Shown: positions 25,007-37,599 of the stretch, one piece after another
Numbering within the stretch: position 1 is the first letter of the stretch
Layout: each line of letters starts with the position of its first letter
Assembly (NCBI GenBank): GCA_051294905.1
Contig: CM119371.1
Coordinates: 6,450,001 to 6,514,000 of the forward strand
Source: Botryllus schlosseri
Lineage: Eukaryota
DNA length: 64,000 nucleotides
Direction: 5' to 3'
Position numbers and translations under genes: made by a program
The notes under the pieces: generated by a model
The model's input: the letters and a program-made list of their open reading frames with translations, nothing else
The model's database searches: none
Told to the model about the DNA's origin: nothing

Positions 25007-25054
25007 GACTTGAGTTGACTCGTGTCACCTTCGAAAATCAATTGAATTGGTTGA

Positions 25055-25321
25055 TTGATTTATAAGACCGTCGAAAATTTTTTCAAGCAGAAACATATCC
25101 CCATGTCGAATATCATTACGTGTGCAACAAATGGCGCACCATCAATGGTTGGACGGCGTCGAGGATTCATTGCACATTTGAAAAGTTCCGAAGTTCCGAA
25201 CATATTCACGATACAGTGCGTCGTTCACAGACAACATCTAGCGGCAAAGCACCTCCGCGACAGATTACATGAGACTCTGCAGGATGTTGTTAGAGAAGTG
25301 AACAAGATGAAAGCTCGTTGA
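25055..25321 (+). mobile_element. hAT (Charlie/Buster-type) transposase fragment
   Basis: IITCATNGAPSMVGRRRGFIAHLK...FTIQCVVHRQHLAAK corresponds to the degenerate TDGAxxM and CxxH motifs. Confidence 0.85.
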
Positions 25322-26700
25322 TAGTGGCGAGATAGCGCAGTGGTTTAGCGTTTTACTGAACCTCCATCGTTCGATCACAAATCAATTGACCGCTAACGTA
25401 GTGGTCGGAGCCTACAGCCCACGTTGACGGTAACTAGTAGTAAAGTAAAAAAACAGCGAAGTATATATCTCTATCCTCTCTATATGATTATCCGCCAAAA
25501 TAGAGAATAAATACGAAACCTCAGAAACTAATTTATGAGATGCACTACCCATTTAGATATCAATGGGATACACTTTACGCCTGCGCCAATGGTCGACTTG
25601 TAAACTATATTCGGATTCCACTTCAACCATACATGCGGCTTAGTTAAGGTGAGAACCCAGCACCAACGACCAATCTATTATAGACTGAAGATATACAATA
25701 GTTACTTACTTACTTCAGCATTTTTAAGCATGAGTGAGCTATGCTATACAATGCTTTTTTGCATGTATATTTAATTCTATATTTGTTCCTCGATTTGAAA
25801 TGGCGATTTAATCTACCAGCTAGCAAAATGCAAGTTGACATATTCTTGCGTCGTATTTCGAAAAGACAACTTGACTTGAATTGTGACTTGACTCGACTTG
25901 ACTCGAATAACCTCCAAAAATCGGGTGACTTCACTTGACTCGATTCACTTTCAAAAATCGATTGACTTGACTTCACTCGAGACAAAATGTGAAATGACTC
26001 AAAATGACTTGTGACTCGTGTCGAGGGTAGCGCCTTGATCCCAACACTGCATTGATGTAAAATGAAGATAACGTACATCATGCTCCTGCTTTTAATCGCA
26101 AATTCGGCTTGAGCACACTTCGGTCACACAAAATAGGGTTGTTTCGTCGACATGTTTCGAACTAGTAATTGAATCTGCCGCGCAGAATGATTCGAAATCG
26201 GCACGGCATCACTTCAGGGAGAGCCCTCTGAAGCCTTTTGGACATAATGATAAACTGGTACTAAATCCATGCATTAGTGAGCTACAATATAACTTCCTAG
26301 TCGTACTATAGTGGATGATTTTATATTAGCGCCCGGAAGCACAACCCTGCATGTAGGTCATATACTAGGTTATAGACTAGATCTAGTCAGACAACTGGAA
26401 TTATCTAGTTGTCTAAGTCGGCCGTAGCGCTAATAAACAAGCAGTCACCCAAGTAAGCCAACCTAATGAGTTGAGGTTAAAACTCGCTGTGAATTCATTT
26501 GCATTTCAATTCATCATTTTTACAAGAATGGTCTTGTCAATATGAAAAATAGTACCATCAAATAGATATAGCCCTCATAATTATACAGATTCACAATAAG
26601 GAGCTGTTTGTATTTCAAATGAAATTCAGCTTGCAATAATAGCTGATTGTGTTACTTGCAACAAATTCAATCACTGGCGTATGGCAGTAATAATATAACT

Positions 26701-28190
26701 CTTGGTATCAGAGGGTGTCTGATTATTGATTACAGTAATACTGAGTTGAACAATTTTGCAGATAAGCAACTCCAAGCCGAATCTGTTGTATGTTATAACG
26801 AGTCTCTGCTTGGGTGATGAAGCACCTTCTTTTGTAAACCTCCAACTGGTAACAAAAATTGAAGCTTATTGGATTGAGGGAATGAAACCAATACCAATAT
26901 TTGTTGGACACATCTGAATCAGTGGTTCTCAAGCTCTTCGAATTCCCGGACAGGTAGAATTTGACAACAAATTTAGCAGATCGGTGAATATTCCAAGTTT
27001 GATACTTCATTTAATGCTGCCTTATTGATATTAGACACGATAAACGTACCGCTGGCAAAATCGAATGATTGAGTGATTCGATTGCGCATCGAGTATTAGG
27101 CTTCTGTAGTTGAGTGTCAGTTATTATGGGGCCATGCCAGTACGGATAATGGGAAAAGTATGTACCTAATAATAAAACAGGGCCATTTCTAATAAGCACG
27201 AAAATGACAAATGCCTGTACAGCAAGCTTGACTCATTTCGCACGATGAAGTTCTCCTGTAGAATTTTCAGGAAAACCAGAATTGAGATTAGAATTACAAC
27301 GAGCACAGAAATATCTCTCTAATCAGATTAGAAATAGATCAACAGCATTTCACTTCAATTAGTCTAATTGGAGAACAAGAATTAAATATTTGTGCGAGCT
27401 GTTAGTAATAAACTTGAGAGACATTGCCGTTGTAGTAAGGAAATGAGTGTGATTCAAACTGCGATGGAGACTGATCTCTTGACACATTTAGTGTCTCGTG
27501 ATCATTCACGAGCAGTACCTGAAATTAACATGAAATCACAGCACCGCCCATTGTAGGCTTGCCGATAACACCGTGTCAATATCACACTCCGATATCTTAC
27601 ATATCGGCATCTCACTATGAGAGACAAGAAGATGTCAGCTATTTTCGTGATGCCCGAACATAGTAGTAGGGAGTCAGAGAACTATAATTTACGACTGCTA
27701 GACTGGGGATATTGATAGACCTCTGATAGCTTACAAGTGTGTAGCTGCAGTCTTTCTAGTTTACTTCATGATCAATCAAAGTAATGACCGCGAACCTGTT
27801 CTTTTTTTGAAAATGTGCCCAACGCTAGAAGAATATTGAGGTTATCGGTGAAGGTACTAGGTATCGGTTTTATCAGCGCCAGCTCAGAAACTTGATATCG
27901 GTCAGGCTCTATTTATAATAGGCATGTAAGAATGGCAACTTGCAAGTTCTTGTCAATATTTATGATTTCACATGAGTATTTCCAAAAAGGCAATGGTAAG
28001 AGCAACAAATATAATCAGTCACATAAAGTCCTTATGTCTACAAACTTTGCTCACCTTTGGTACAATTTTACAAGCGAAAGTTTGTCTGCCTTTCAACAAA
28101 AATGGACCCCTCGTGTGTAGTTCCCCAGTACAGTCATCCAACAGGAGTTCGAAGATCTTTCTAGTAGTGACGTCTATTCTTTCAGCATTA
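26701..28190 (-). pseudogene. PLK1: PLK1-like pseudogene exons 1-3 (unit B)
   Basis: Exon at about 28190-28055 reads HTRGPFLLKGRQTFACKIVPK then a GT donor, with a deletion in the Gly-loop region. Exon at 27518 to about 27440 matches the plus-strand exon at 56655. Exon at about 26850-26701 reads LEVYKRRCFITQAETRYNIQQIRLGVAYLQN. Confidence 0.85.
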
Positions 28191-29525
28191 TCATGATATC
28201 AAATCGGCAAAGTGAAATATCGCATATTACCACATGTGCACAAGACTTGCACAAGCTACTGGATTTCAAAATGCACAACTAAACTAGAACGAACGACATT
28301 TAAAAATCCGCATCTAACGAAAACACAACGAAATATAATCAATTCCTAAGCAACTCATCAACTATGTATAACCGGAATTTCAACACGAACATCAGTATCA
28401 AATTACTGAAGAATCAGATAGACAGAACTAACATAATACTGGATAAACTAAGCAATTATCAATGGCCGCAAGACCATCACATGAAAGAACACTGATCACG
28501 TCGATATTCAAAAAATATACGACAGTCAACAAATGTAGGCTACATCAATACTCAACAAATGTAAAACTATAGCTGTCTCTTTCAGATTGGCCGAGTTAAT
28601 GCAATAGGTCGGATAAATATCATAAAATGTGCACGAAAATATGGGGCTCATATAGTATGATGATAGTCAGACAGATGTAGTAATACAGTCACTCCAGGAC
28701 AATCACCTAGCACAGCTGGCATCGTAAAAATGATTAGGTTGCTACCTACTGCACAGCACATACATTATTCATATTACCTCAGGTACTAGATCATGTCCCT
28801 CTCCCGTTGTCTTCTTGAAATATACATAATTCAGCAACTCAATAAATTTACAATGACAGTCATCTATTTAAGATTCGATAAGTCACCAAGAATGCTTTCC
28901 TACATTAACACATTGGTGATTGATCATTTTTACATGTTCTAGCAAAAGAGAGTTTTTGATTAGAAGGATACTGTAGGTCATTTCGAATTCTTCCGAACTT
29001 TTTTTCACTTCATCGATACCTTGCGTGATGTTTTCAAATGATGATATTATTAATTACCTGAACTAAACATGTCAGTGACATGACACTAGCATCATATGTT
29101 CAGAGTAAATACTTCCATACACATTTTGCATTCGGATGTGATCATTCCAGTTTGCATATCGGTATGAATCCTGATGTTGCGAGTCAATCTACACATTTTG
29201 TACAAACACCACATTTTCAATCAACGTCACCATATATATATATGACACTTTACTATTCTTTCAAGGGCCGTTCTTTTCCATAAACACCTCACGTTTGAAC
29301 TGATCATGTCAATCCATATATTGCTTGATGGTAGCCGTTTCAAGAAGTTTTACATTTCCTATTTTGATACCGGGATGCAGAACCATATGACGCTTGTAGT
29401 TAGTTGGTGTTCTTAGTAAATGCTTGCCCGCTTATATCACAAATATATTATTTGATGCCAGCATGTATGATAGAATGAAGCCTGATATGTTTCTTCTGAA
29501 AATATGCTTTTCCACATATATCACA

Positions 29526-30947
29526 CTATTGATTTTTGTTGCCAGCATGCATATCCACATGACGCTTGAGGCTCCTCTTGTCAGGAATTGATTTCTCACA
29601 TATTTCATGAACATGATTTTTGATATCAGCATGTATATCAGAATGAAAGTTGAGATGACTCTTCTGTGTAAATGCTTTTCCGCATATATGACATTTATGA
29701 TTTCTGATGCGAGCATGCATGTGGGAATGAAGCCTGAGATTACTCCTCTGTGTAAATGCCTTCCCACATATATCACATTTATGATTTTTGATACCAGCAT
29801 GCATATTCATATGATCCTTGAGGTCGCTCTTCACTGTAAATGCTTTTCCACATATATCACATTGATGATTGTTGATGCCAGCATGCATATAAATATGACT
29901 CCTTAGGCTTGTTCTCGCAATAAAATCTTTCCCACATATATCACATTCATGATTTTTAATGCCAGCATGCATATTAGCATGAAGCTTGAGATAGCTCTTC
30001 AGTGTAAATGCTTTTCCACATATATCACATTCATGATTTTTGATGTCAGCATGCATCTCCACATGACGCTTGAGGCTCCTCTTTCCAGTAAATGCTTTCC
30101 CGCATATATCACAAACATGATTTCTGATGCCAGCATGTATATTAGAATGAAGCTTGAGCTGACGCGTTTGTGAAAATGCTTTTCCACATACTTCACATTC
30201 ATGAATTTTTATTCCAGCATGCACATCCATATGACGATTGAGGCTACAATTTTCAGTAAATGCTTTCCCACATATGTCACACACATGATTTTTGACTCCT
30301 GCATGCACATCCATATGACGCGCAAGGCCACTTTTTAAGGTAAATGTTTTCCCACATAACTCACAAACATGATTTTCGATGCCGGCATGTATATGCATGT
30401 GACTCTTCAGTCGGGCTTTCACAGTAAACGCTTTACCGCATACATCACATTTGTGATTTTTGAGACCAGCATGTATATTATAATGACACTTGAGATTACT
30501 CTTTTGCATAAATGCTTTTCCGCATATATCGCACTCATGATTTTTGACACCAGTATGTATATTTGTATGCTTCTGGAGGTCCCCCTTCCGAATAAATGCT
30601 TTTCCACATACTTCACATTTGTGATGTTTGAGACCAGCATGCATATTATAATGACACTTCAGATTGCTCTTTAGTTTAAATGACTTTCCACATATATCAC
30701 ACTTATGACTCTTGACACCAGTATGTATCTTGGAATGCATCTGGAGGTCACCCTTCCGAATAAATGCTTTTGCACATACGTCACATTTGTGATGTTCAAG
30801 ACCAGCATGTATACTATAATGACCCTTCAGATGACCCTTTTGTATAAATGCTTTTCCGCATATATCACATTCATGATTTTTGATGCCAGCATGCATATCC
30901 ATATGAACCTTGACGTGAACTTTCTGACTAGATGCTCTAGCACACAC
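29526..30947 (-). CDS. Tandem C2H2 zinc-finger protein B (15-16 fingers; 5' end undefined)
   Basis: Uninterrupted 473-codon frame of CDICGKAF..K..L..H...H-AGIKNH repeats. The first in-frame ATG is about 30902 and an upstream in-frame TGA suggests a spliced exon. Decayed fingers continue past the stop to about 29050. Confidence 0.85.
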   Translation of the reverse strand: MCARASSQKVHVKVHMDMHAGIKNHECDICGKAFIQKGHLKGHYSIHAGLEHHKCDVCAKAFIRKGDLQMHSKIHTGVKSHKCDICGKSFKLKSNLKCHYNMHAGLKHHKCEVCGKAFIRKGDLQKHTNIHTGVKNHECDICGKAFMQKSNLKCHYNIHAGLKNHKCDVCGKAFTVKARLKSHMHIHAGIENHVCELCGKTFTLKSGLARHMDVHAGVKNHVCDICGKAFTENCSLNRHMDVHAGIKIHECEVCGKAFSQTRQLKLHSNIHAGIRNHVCDICGKAFTGKRSLKRHVEMHADIKNHECDICGKAFTLKSYLKLHANMHAGIKNHECDICGKDFIARTSLRSHIYMHAGINNHQCDICGKAFTVKSDLKDHMNMHAGIKNHKCDICGKAFTQRSNLRLHSHMHARIRNHKCHICGKAFTQKSHLNFHSDIHADIKNHVHEICEKSIPDKRSLKRHVDMHAGNKNQ

Positions 30948-31376
30948 TTCACAATTCTCAAAAAATTGTCACAAGGTGCATTCAGAACATAAAGCTTAGC
31001 GATATGGCAACAGCCCACACCCCATATGTATTAAACAGTATACTAATCTAAAGAAAGAGCACATAGGCGTGATTATTGTGGCTATGCGGCATACATCGAA
31101 TTTCCACATCAGCGTAATCAATAATAATTAAACAAACCGATGCAACAAGATAAAGACAAGACAATGTTAGAGACGACAAAATCACCATTTTGATCAGCAA
31201 ACAATTGCAGCGATGCGACCTACTCAATACGAAGTAAGACACCTATTGTCTTGGTCATGGGAACAATCACTGATTGGGTGCCTGCTTTCTCGTTTGTTTG
31301 ATAATTATTGTCTGCTTGCCACATTCGTATCCCACAATCGCAATCACTTCAGCATCAACTGATGACAAGCTAGTCG

Positions 31377-33746
31377 CAGGGGTTCTCAAAGGGTGGGCCC
31401 CAGGAGTATTTTGAGGTGGGCTACAGAACTATTTGGAAAATTGTAGAATTACCGCAGTGAGAGTTAATTTATATATGTTATGCTCAGTTATTGGAAAATA
31501 TATTCAATTATCGAATTATGCATATGCTACATAAAGCTCTTCATTTGACTCTGATGAGACTTCGTACAGATTCACAATGTACAACTCGAAAATGGGAGGG
31601 GAAATGGCAGCTATGACAACCTACAGCCAAAAGCACTGAAATTATTTTCGAATATATAATAACTGGAAGTTGATGCTGAAGTGATCAAGTCTTTTGGTCG
31701 TGGTATATGTCGCATTACCTTGAAAAGGATGCGATCTCGATATGCATTAAACTCACACTAAAGTGCATTTGATATAGATTTACGTAATTCGGTAGGTCGT
31801 ATTATAGTAACATAAAAATTGCCACAATTGTAATTTATTATCAATTTTCTACTTGTGGAAATATACGGCTCCATTGCAACGAATCGAAATGGATCGAGGA
31901 TTTAGAGCAGAGGTCTCAAACACGCGGGCCGCGGGCCGCATGCGGCCCGCAAGAGTATTTTGTGCGGCCCGCGACGGCATTTTGGAATGTCAAGTATTCG
32001 ACAATATATTCCAGTGCCACATATCTTTTTAGATATAAGAACTTGAAGTTCACCCTAAAACTGCTTTGAAAACATTGAAATCTCAACAAACTTCACTATC
32101 ACATCACTTTTAAAAGCTACCATGCGGTAGAAGATCAGCTATTACGTCACATATCTAGATTATGATGATAAAACATGATCCGTTAATGATTCGTGACTGG
32201 AAATTGTGAATTGATTTTGTGCGATCTTTCGTAAAATTACTCGATTTCGGATTGACTGGGTGATTAAACAAAAATTACTCGAGTCGAATCAAACGTTAAA
32301 ATCGGAGAAGGACTTGTGACTTGGAACGGTGACTTGGCAGTTCTACGGATGCAACAATCTATGAAACTGTCATGGGGAATAGTAATCTATCAAAAGATCG
32401 TAGATTGCGTTGCGTAGGGTGTATATAGCTATCTAATCAGGACAGTATGGCAACCATCGGCATTATGTTACTCCCGCGACGCATAGTTGGTTACATGCTG
32501 GGTGTTGTCCGATCTCTTTATCCTTGTTATTATTGGTGTCGAGTAAGGTAGTAGTACGCTCCACAGCCCTAACACCAATGAATTCATCGGCGATTGGACA
32601 TTTCTATTCCATGAGTTCTTGACTTCGGCAATGGCAAAGTAACAATATCCAACTTATCACGACTATATCATAACCCGGATTAGGCTCCACCGCTCAAATG
32701 CTCTGCTATCAGAACAATCTTCAGTATAGATTTTAGAATATTCTACATATAATTGTGGCAGGTCAAAGGTCCACTAGCTGCAATATTATAACCCGACATT
32801 TTGACGATGTGATGATCATGATTCGTCCTCTCGCATGATGTCTAGAACTCAATATTTGAACAAATAATGCCCGGCATAAAAACAATTTTATTCAAATATT
32901 TGAAAATATGATTTTTTCGTGTCAAGCGTGAATAACACGATAGTAAATTACATTTTCATGAAGTTTGTGGAATGCCTGTCTTCAAGCTCCCGTCAAACAA
33001 GGCATACTTGGAAATTCTGCGTTAAATATCCCTATTATTGGTGATGCGGCCCGCGGCGTCATCAAAACTATGAAATTGGCCCGCGAGCACATTCGAGTTT
33101 GAGACCTCTGATTTAGAGCAACACATTATCTTTGGAGTAGGTCTAAAATTGTCTGGTCTTGTAATCATTGTAGATAATGTAAGAGTCACATGAATTGATT
33201 GTATCATTGGATTTAATGTGCTAACACCGCAGCTTCAACAGGTACAAGACATACTATGTTGCATATTACAAAATTCTTCCTCCACTTCCCTAAGTATCCC
33301 ATTCACCAAAGAATTGTTTGAAGCGGGCCCAGAATGGCTATATTATTCCCAACCATAGTTGGGATTGGATCATTGGGTTTCGCGACATGAGTGAAACAGC
33401 GGATATACACAAGAGTTATACGATCTTCCAAAGCCGTAACTGTCGTACCCACAACCCTCAATTGCGGGGAGCTCAAACGGGCCCAAAATTATTTCGTTGG
33501 CTGGTTGTTTGTTTGTTGGAGGAGATTTACTCAACTTGAAAATTTATTTAGCGCTTCGCGCGATTTCCCGTGCTTGTAGGTCTGCATATGAATATGATCA
33601 TTAACAGGAAATTGCGCATATCTTAGAGAAATAGGCATATCGGCAGCGGCGATTACCACACGTTGAACAGGACTATGACTCTAGGATATGAGGTGGGCCA
33701 CAGAACATTTTCAAACCGGAAAATGGGAAACAGCCAAAAAAGGTTT
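31377..33746. mobile_element. hAT MITE of the 20236-20938 family with a nested insert
   Basis: It starts CAGGGGTTCTCAAAGGGTGGGCC. 33660-33746 is the reverse complement of 20245-20330. The right TIR is incomplete. Confidence 0.65.
31908..33110. mobile_element. hAT (Charlie/Buster-like) MITE
   Basis: TIR CAGAGGTCTCAAAC / GTTTGAGACCTCTG and perfect TSD ATTTAGAG. Confidence 0.9.
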
Positions 33747-33754
33747 AGCTAGTG

Positions 33755-35698
33755 CAGTGCTTCTCAACCTTTTTGAGCTTCATTCGCACTTTTTTGTAAA
33801 ATAAATTTTATTCGCACAAACTAACCGACTATTGTTATACAAAAAGAAGATGAAAATACAACATTTATTTGCTTTGATTTGCAACAAATTGGCTACTATG
33901 TATCTTAAGCTATTAAGTGTCTCGATTTTCTGAGGACTCGAGTCATTTTATCCAAATACAGAAATGACTCGAATCGAGTTAATCTGTGTGTTGACTCGAC
34001 TTGGACTCGAGTCATTGCGTATGACTCGAGACTCATACGGCCAAGACTGATATTTCCATGTAATTTCGAAGAAAAGAAAATAACCACACTATTGGGATTT
34101 CTTCTATTGTGTAGTATATTATGAATGCGAACCATTTGATATCACCAAACAGAGATATAGCAAGTGGGTTTAACAGGACTTTAACTGGAAACCGAGCAGT
34201 CAACACAATGACTTTGACTCGGACTCGAACCTATGCTCGCTGACTTGGACTCGGTGGTGAATTGAAAATGACTCGACTTGACTCGAAGTCAAAACTATAA
34301 AAGTGAGGTTTACTTGTGACTCGAAGCCTTGACTTGATTACAACCCTGTTGAAAAAGCTGCTATTCTCGAATCGTTTTGATTTCAATTATTTTACTAAAA
34401 CCATTTTACTAGTGCTGGGAGGGCCAGGTCTCGAAGTCTGTTCTGCACTCCTATCCAACATAGAGTGTATTTTTCACGAGTGAAAAATGCTTGCTGGAAA
34501 AAAAATCTATTTTGAGAGCCGACAAAAAGGTCTAGGAGGCTCCAGTGTGTCGAAAGGGTGAAACCCCACCTGTCTGTGTTGAGGTTTTTGCCCTATGTCT
34601 TGGAAAATAAGGGACAAATGATCACGGAGAGTAGGCACATTAGAGTTCGCTACTTTATGATACGTTGCTCCAACTGCTTTTTCGATTTCCCATTTTCTGT
34701 CTCGCAAGTATGTGGTAAGAGGAAATTAAGTTACGACACTGTGTGTTCTGCTCTTTAGCTCAATCTAACCTGAGAATTCATGACATTTCAATAGCGTTAA
34801 AGCAGTTTTAATACTACAGCCAAAATCTGAGTTCTTGTGGCATCTCACGATCCGAGCCTCACCCATGAAAAGGAATTCATTTTTAATATTACAGTAGTTG
34901 CTATGATTTTACGGACATGCATGACATACAGAATGAGCACACCACAATTCTATCCAACACAGCTCTACAAAATATGTCTGACGCACGCCATTTCAAATTA
35001 GGGTAAATTAAATTCCTTTGTCGCAGTTGTAGGCCTACTACTGTCTCCTCTACTCAGATTGCGATAACGGGACTATTCCGTGCCGACAATGGAGCATATC
35101 CATATCGAATGGTTTGGCCATCCAGTATCGGTCATTTTTGGCCAAGGTTTTGTCGACGCTTATGTTTGGCACCACATTTTATCAGCCGTTTGTTGGCCAA
35201 AACTTTCCGTCTTCATGTTGAAGGGTTTGGCCTCGAAATGAATGAGTCTCATAGTCTCGCTTTCTCACGGAAGTATGATGATTATTTTGCCAAAGTAAGC
35301 AGAAAGTCAATTCAACGTCATTTTCCCAGCCTGTCAGAGGCTCAGACTGGCTGATATACTATATGTCTGCCACTACACCATCTTCCAAACCAGGCTTTTG
35401 GTTACGTAATAATTGTAGTGCGAAGATATTAATGCACTACGGCTACGACTAATGGTGCGTCGTAAGTTAAACAAGTTTTTACGGTCGCGTCTTAACAACA
35501 AAAGTTACACTGCCCTTGAATTTCCTGTAAGGTTTATTTGAATTATTACAGGTCAGAAAAATTAACAATTATCATCCACGATTTTCATTCGCACTCATCC
35601 GGGATTTTCATTCGCACCGTTCGCACCACCTTTATCATTCGCGCTGCAATTTTTTTCATTCGCACAAGTATGAACCGTCTCACAGGTTGAAAGCACTG
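33755..35698. mobile_element. hAT-type element with TTCGCAC subterminal motifs
   Basis: Ends CAGTGCTTCTCAACCT and AGGTTGAAAGCACTG. Degenerate TSD AGCTAGTG / AGTTAGTT. Confidence 0.7.
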
Positions 35699-37599
35699 AG
35701 TTAGTTGATAGACGTTATTGTGATATCAGTGGACAGTGGCTTAACCTCAGCATGTCAGACACCAAAGCTCTTTCTCCCTCTCTCACTCACTCTATCCTGC
35801 ACGTCTAATCCTTTTTTTAAATAGATTTTGACGTCTCCTTCCCACATGTTGGGGTTGGGAGTTGTCCTAAAGACGATGCGGCCGTGGTCTGTTGGGTAGG
35901 CCTACGGGCTCATGCTCATACATCGGGTTCGAGCTCAATGTATGTACACTGTACTATACATTGTACAGGCTACACATTTCGATTCGATCCCTGCTGTTGG
36001 CGATGCGGTGAAGTTGTATTGGGTTTTGTTTTGCTTTATGCGACTAGTAAATCTAGGGTGTATGCTTACATTGAATTTAGTTAGGTAATAAAGCCGGAAT
36101 ACCACACCCTGTTCTCAACTATAACAAATATATATGTAGGTCAACTAATAACAACGCACACCATATTATACAACATACATGTAACCAGGTTCGTAGCCAG
36201 CCAAGAAAAAAGGGGCAGAACTGAATAAAGCTTTGGAAAGCCTGACTAATAGGCGAATCTAATTACTCAATGCGAGTTAGCATTCTTAGCAATCAACAAC
36301 TTGAACGGGGATCATGTTGCAAAGCGCAAGTGCAGCAGATCTCATTCGCATTCAAATAAGTAATCGGCCTTGAAACAATGCAAGAACACCATTTCATAAC
36401 TAACAATCTACAGATATTGTGACGAATTTTGAAGTGATTCAGTTCGCCTGTGAGTAACGTCTGTTCGGCGTTTTAATTCAATTGATTTCGAACATGGGGC
36501 ATATACTAATTATACCGGCATGTGAATAATGACTTATTCGCAAAGTGAGGAAATCGCGAACAAGTTTCGGTGCGGCTATTCGTGGCTGAATGGGTCCCGG
36601 TGGGATACCCATCACGAATGGTATAGTCTAGTCTAGTATGACAAATGGTCAATTTTAAAGATTGAGGTCGTTAAGAGAGTGCACACGGCACATCAATGGC
36701 GTCAACAAATAAAATGTTAATCGAAGGTATTGTTTCTCCGGGCTTGCAGGCTACTTCTTCATTCTTTGAGTTAGGCAAAGCACCTTAGCGATTAACATCA
36801 GGCCAGGGGCATATCTGGTCATCAGGTGGAGACCTCATCGACGGACATCTGCGTGGCTTTGACATCGGGGCATCGAAATATCCAAGTCGGATGTTTTGAG
36901 GGATTTCGTCTACAAATCTTTTCGCAGATTAAGGATTGATGTGTGATTGCTTTGAAATATACTTTCAATCAGGTGTTACTTTCATGTTATAGGCTACATG
37001 TTCCCTTACAATAAACTGTTGATAATAAAACCAACTCGGCGAGCGCGTGACAAATGTAATTATTGCTTGTGCGATACGCTCAGAATATAAGAGGATGAGC
37101 TGATTGAATTTATTACTCTCGCGGTCACGACGAGAAAACAATGAACTACAGTACTCGCATCGTTCGATCGACGTCCTTCGTAGCAAATTGAAATTTGGCG
37201 ATATCGGGCTTTATTGGGGCTTTTAAAAGGGGTTAGATTCGAGCTTGGAAAGGGGCAGAAAGTTCTGCAATTCTTCCCACTCTCTACTCCCCTAGTGTTT
37301 AGTGTTGTGACCAGCAAGTCGCAACCTAGAAGTGAGCTGGATATCGTCGCGGTAAAAACAAAACTTATCTCAATAAGTATCAAAATCCGTAACAACTATG
37401 TCACGAAAGCGCGTAGCCGTGCGAGGCGAAGAAAAGCTGCTTTTCCGTGCGAGGTAAAGATTGTCATTGCTCCAGATATCTTGGAATCCCTTGCCACCAG
37501 TCGAAACTGAAAAATATCCCCTTCTGAGAGATGAACATCATTCCAAATTTGCATTTCGACACGGGGGCTCATTATTTTCCTCGGCAGGTCTCATTTGAC

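Larger units (their letters stand above)
24388..26037. mobile_element. GACTTGACTC-rich non-autonomous element with nested inserts
   Basis: Ends CAGGGCACTA and TAGCGCCTTG, with GACTTGACTC arrays at both sides. No clear TSD. Confidence 0.5.

Noticed and set aside
31537..31600. Hammerhead candidate CTGATGA...GAAA
   Set aside because: There is no room for stem I and no valid UH cleavage site.
36690..36965. Coding-looking minus-strand stretch (..FVDEIPQNIRLGYFDAP..)
   Set aside because: It contains in-frame stops and matches no family I can recognise; a blastx search would be needed.
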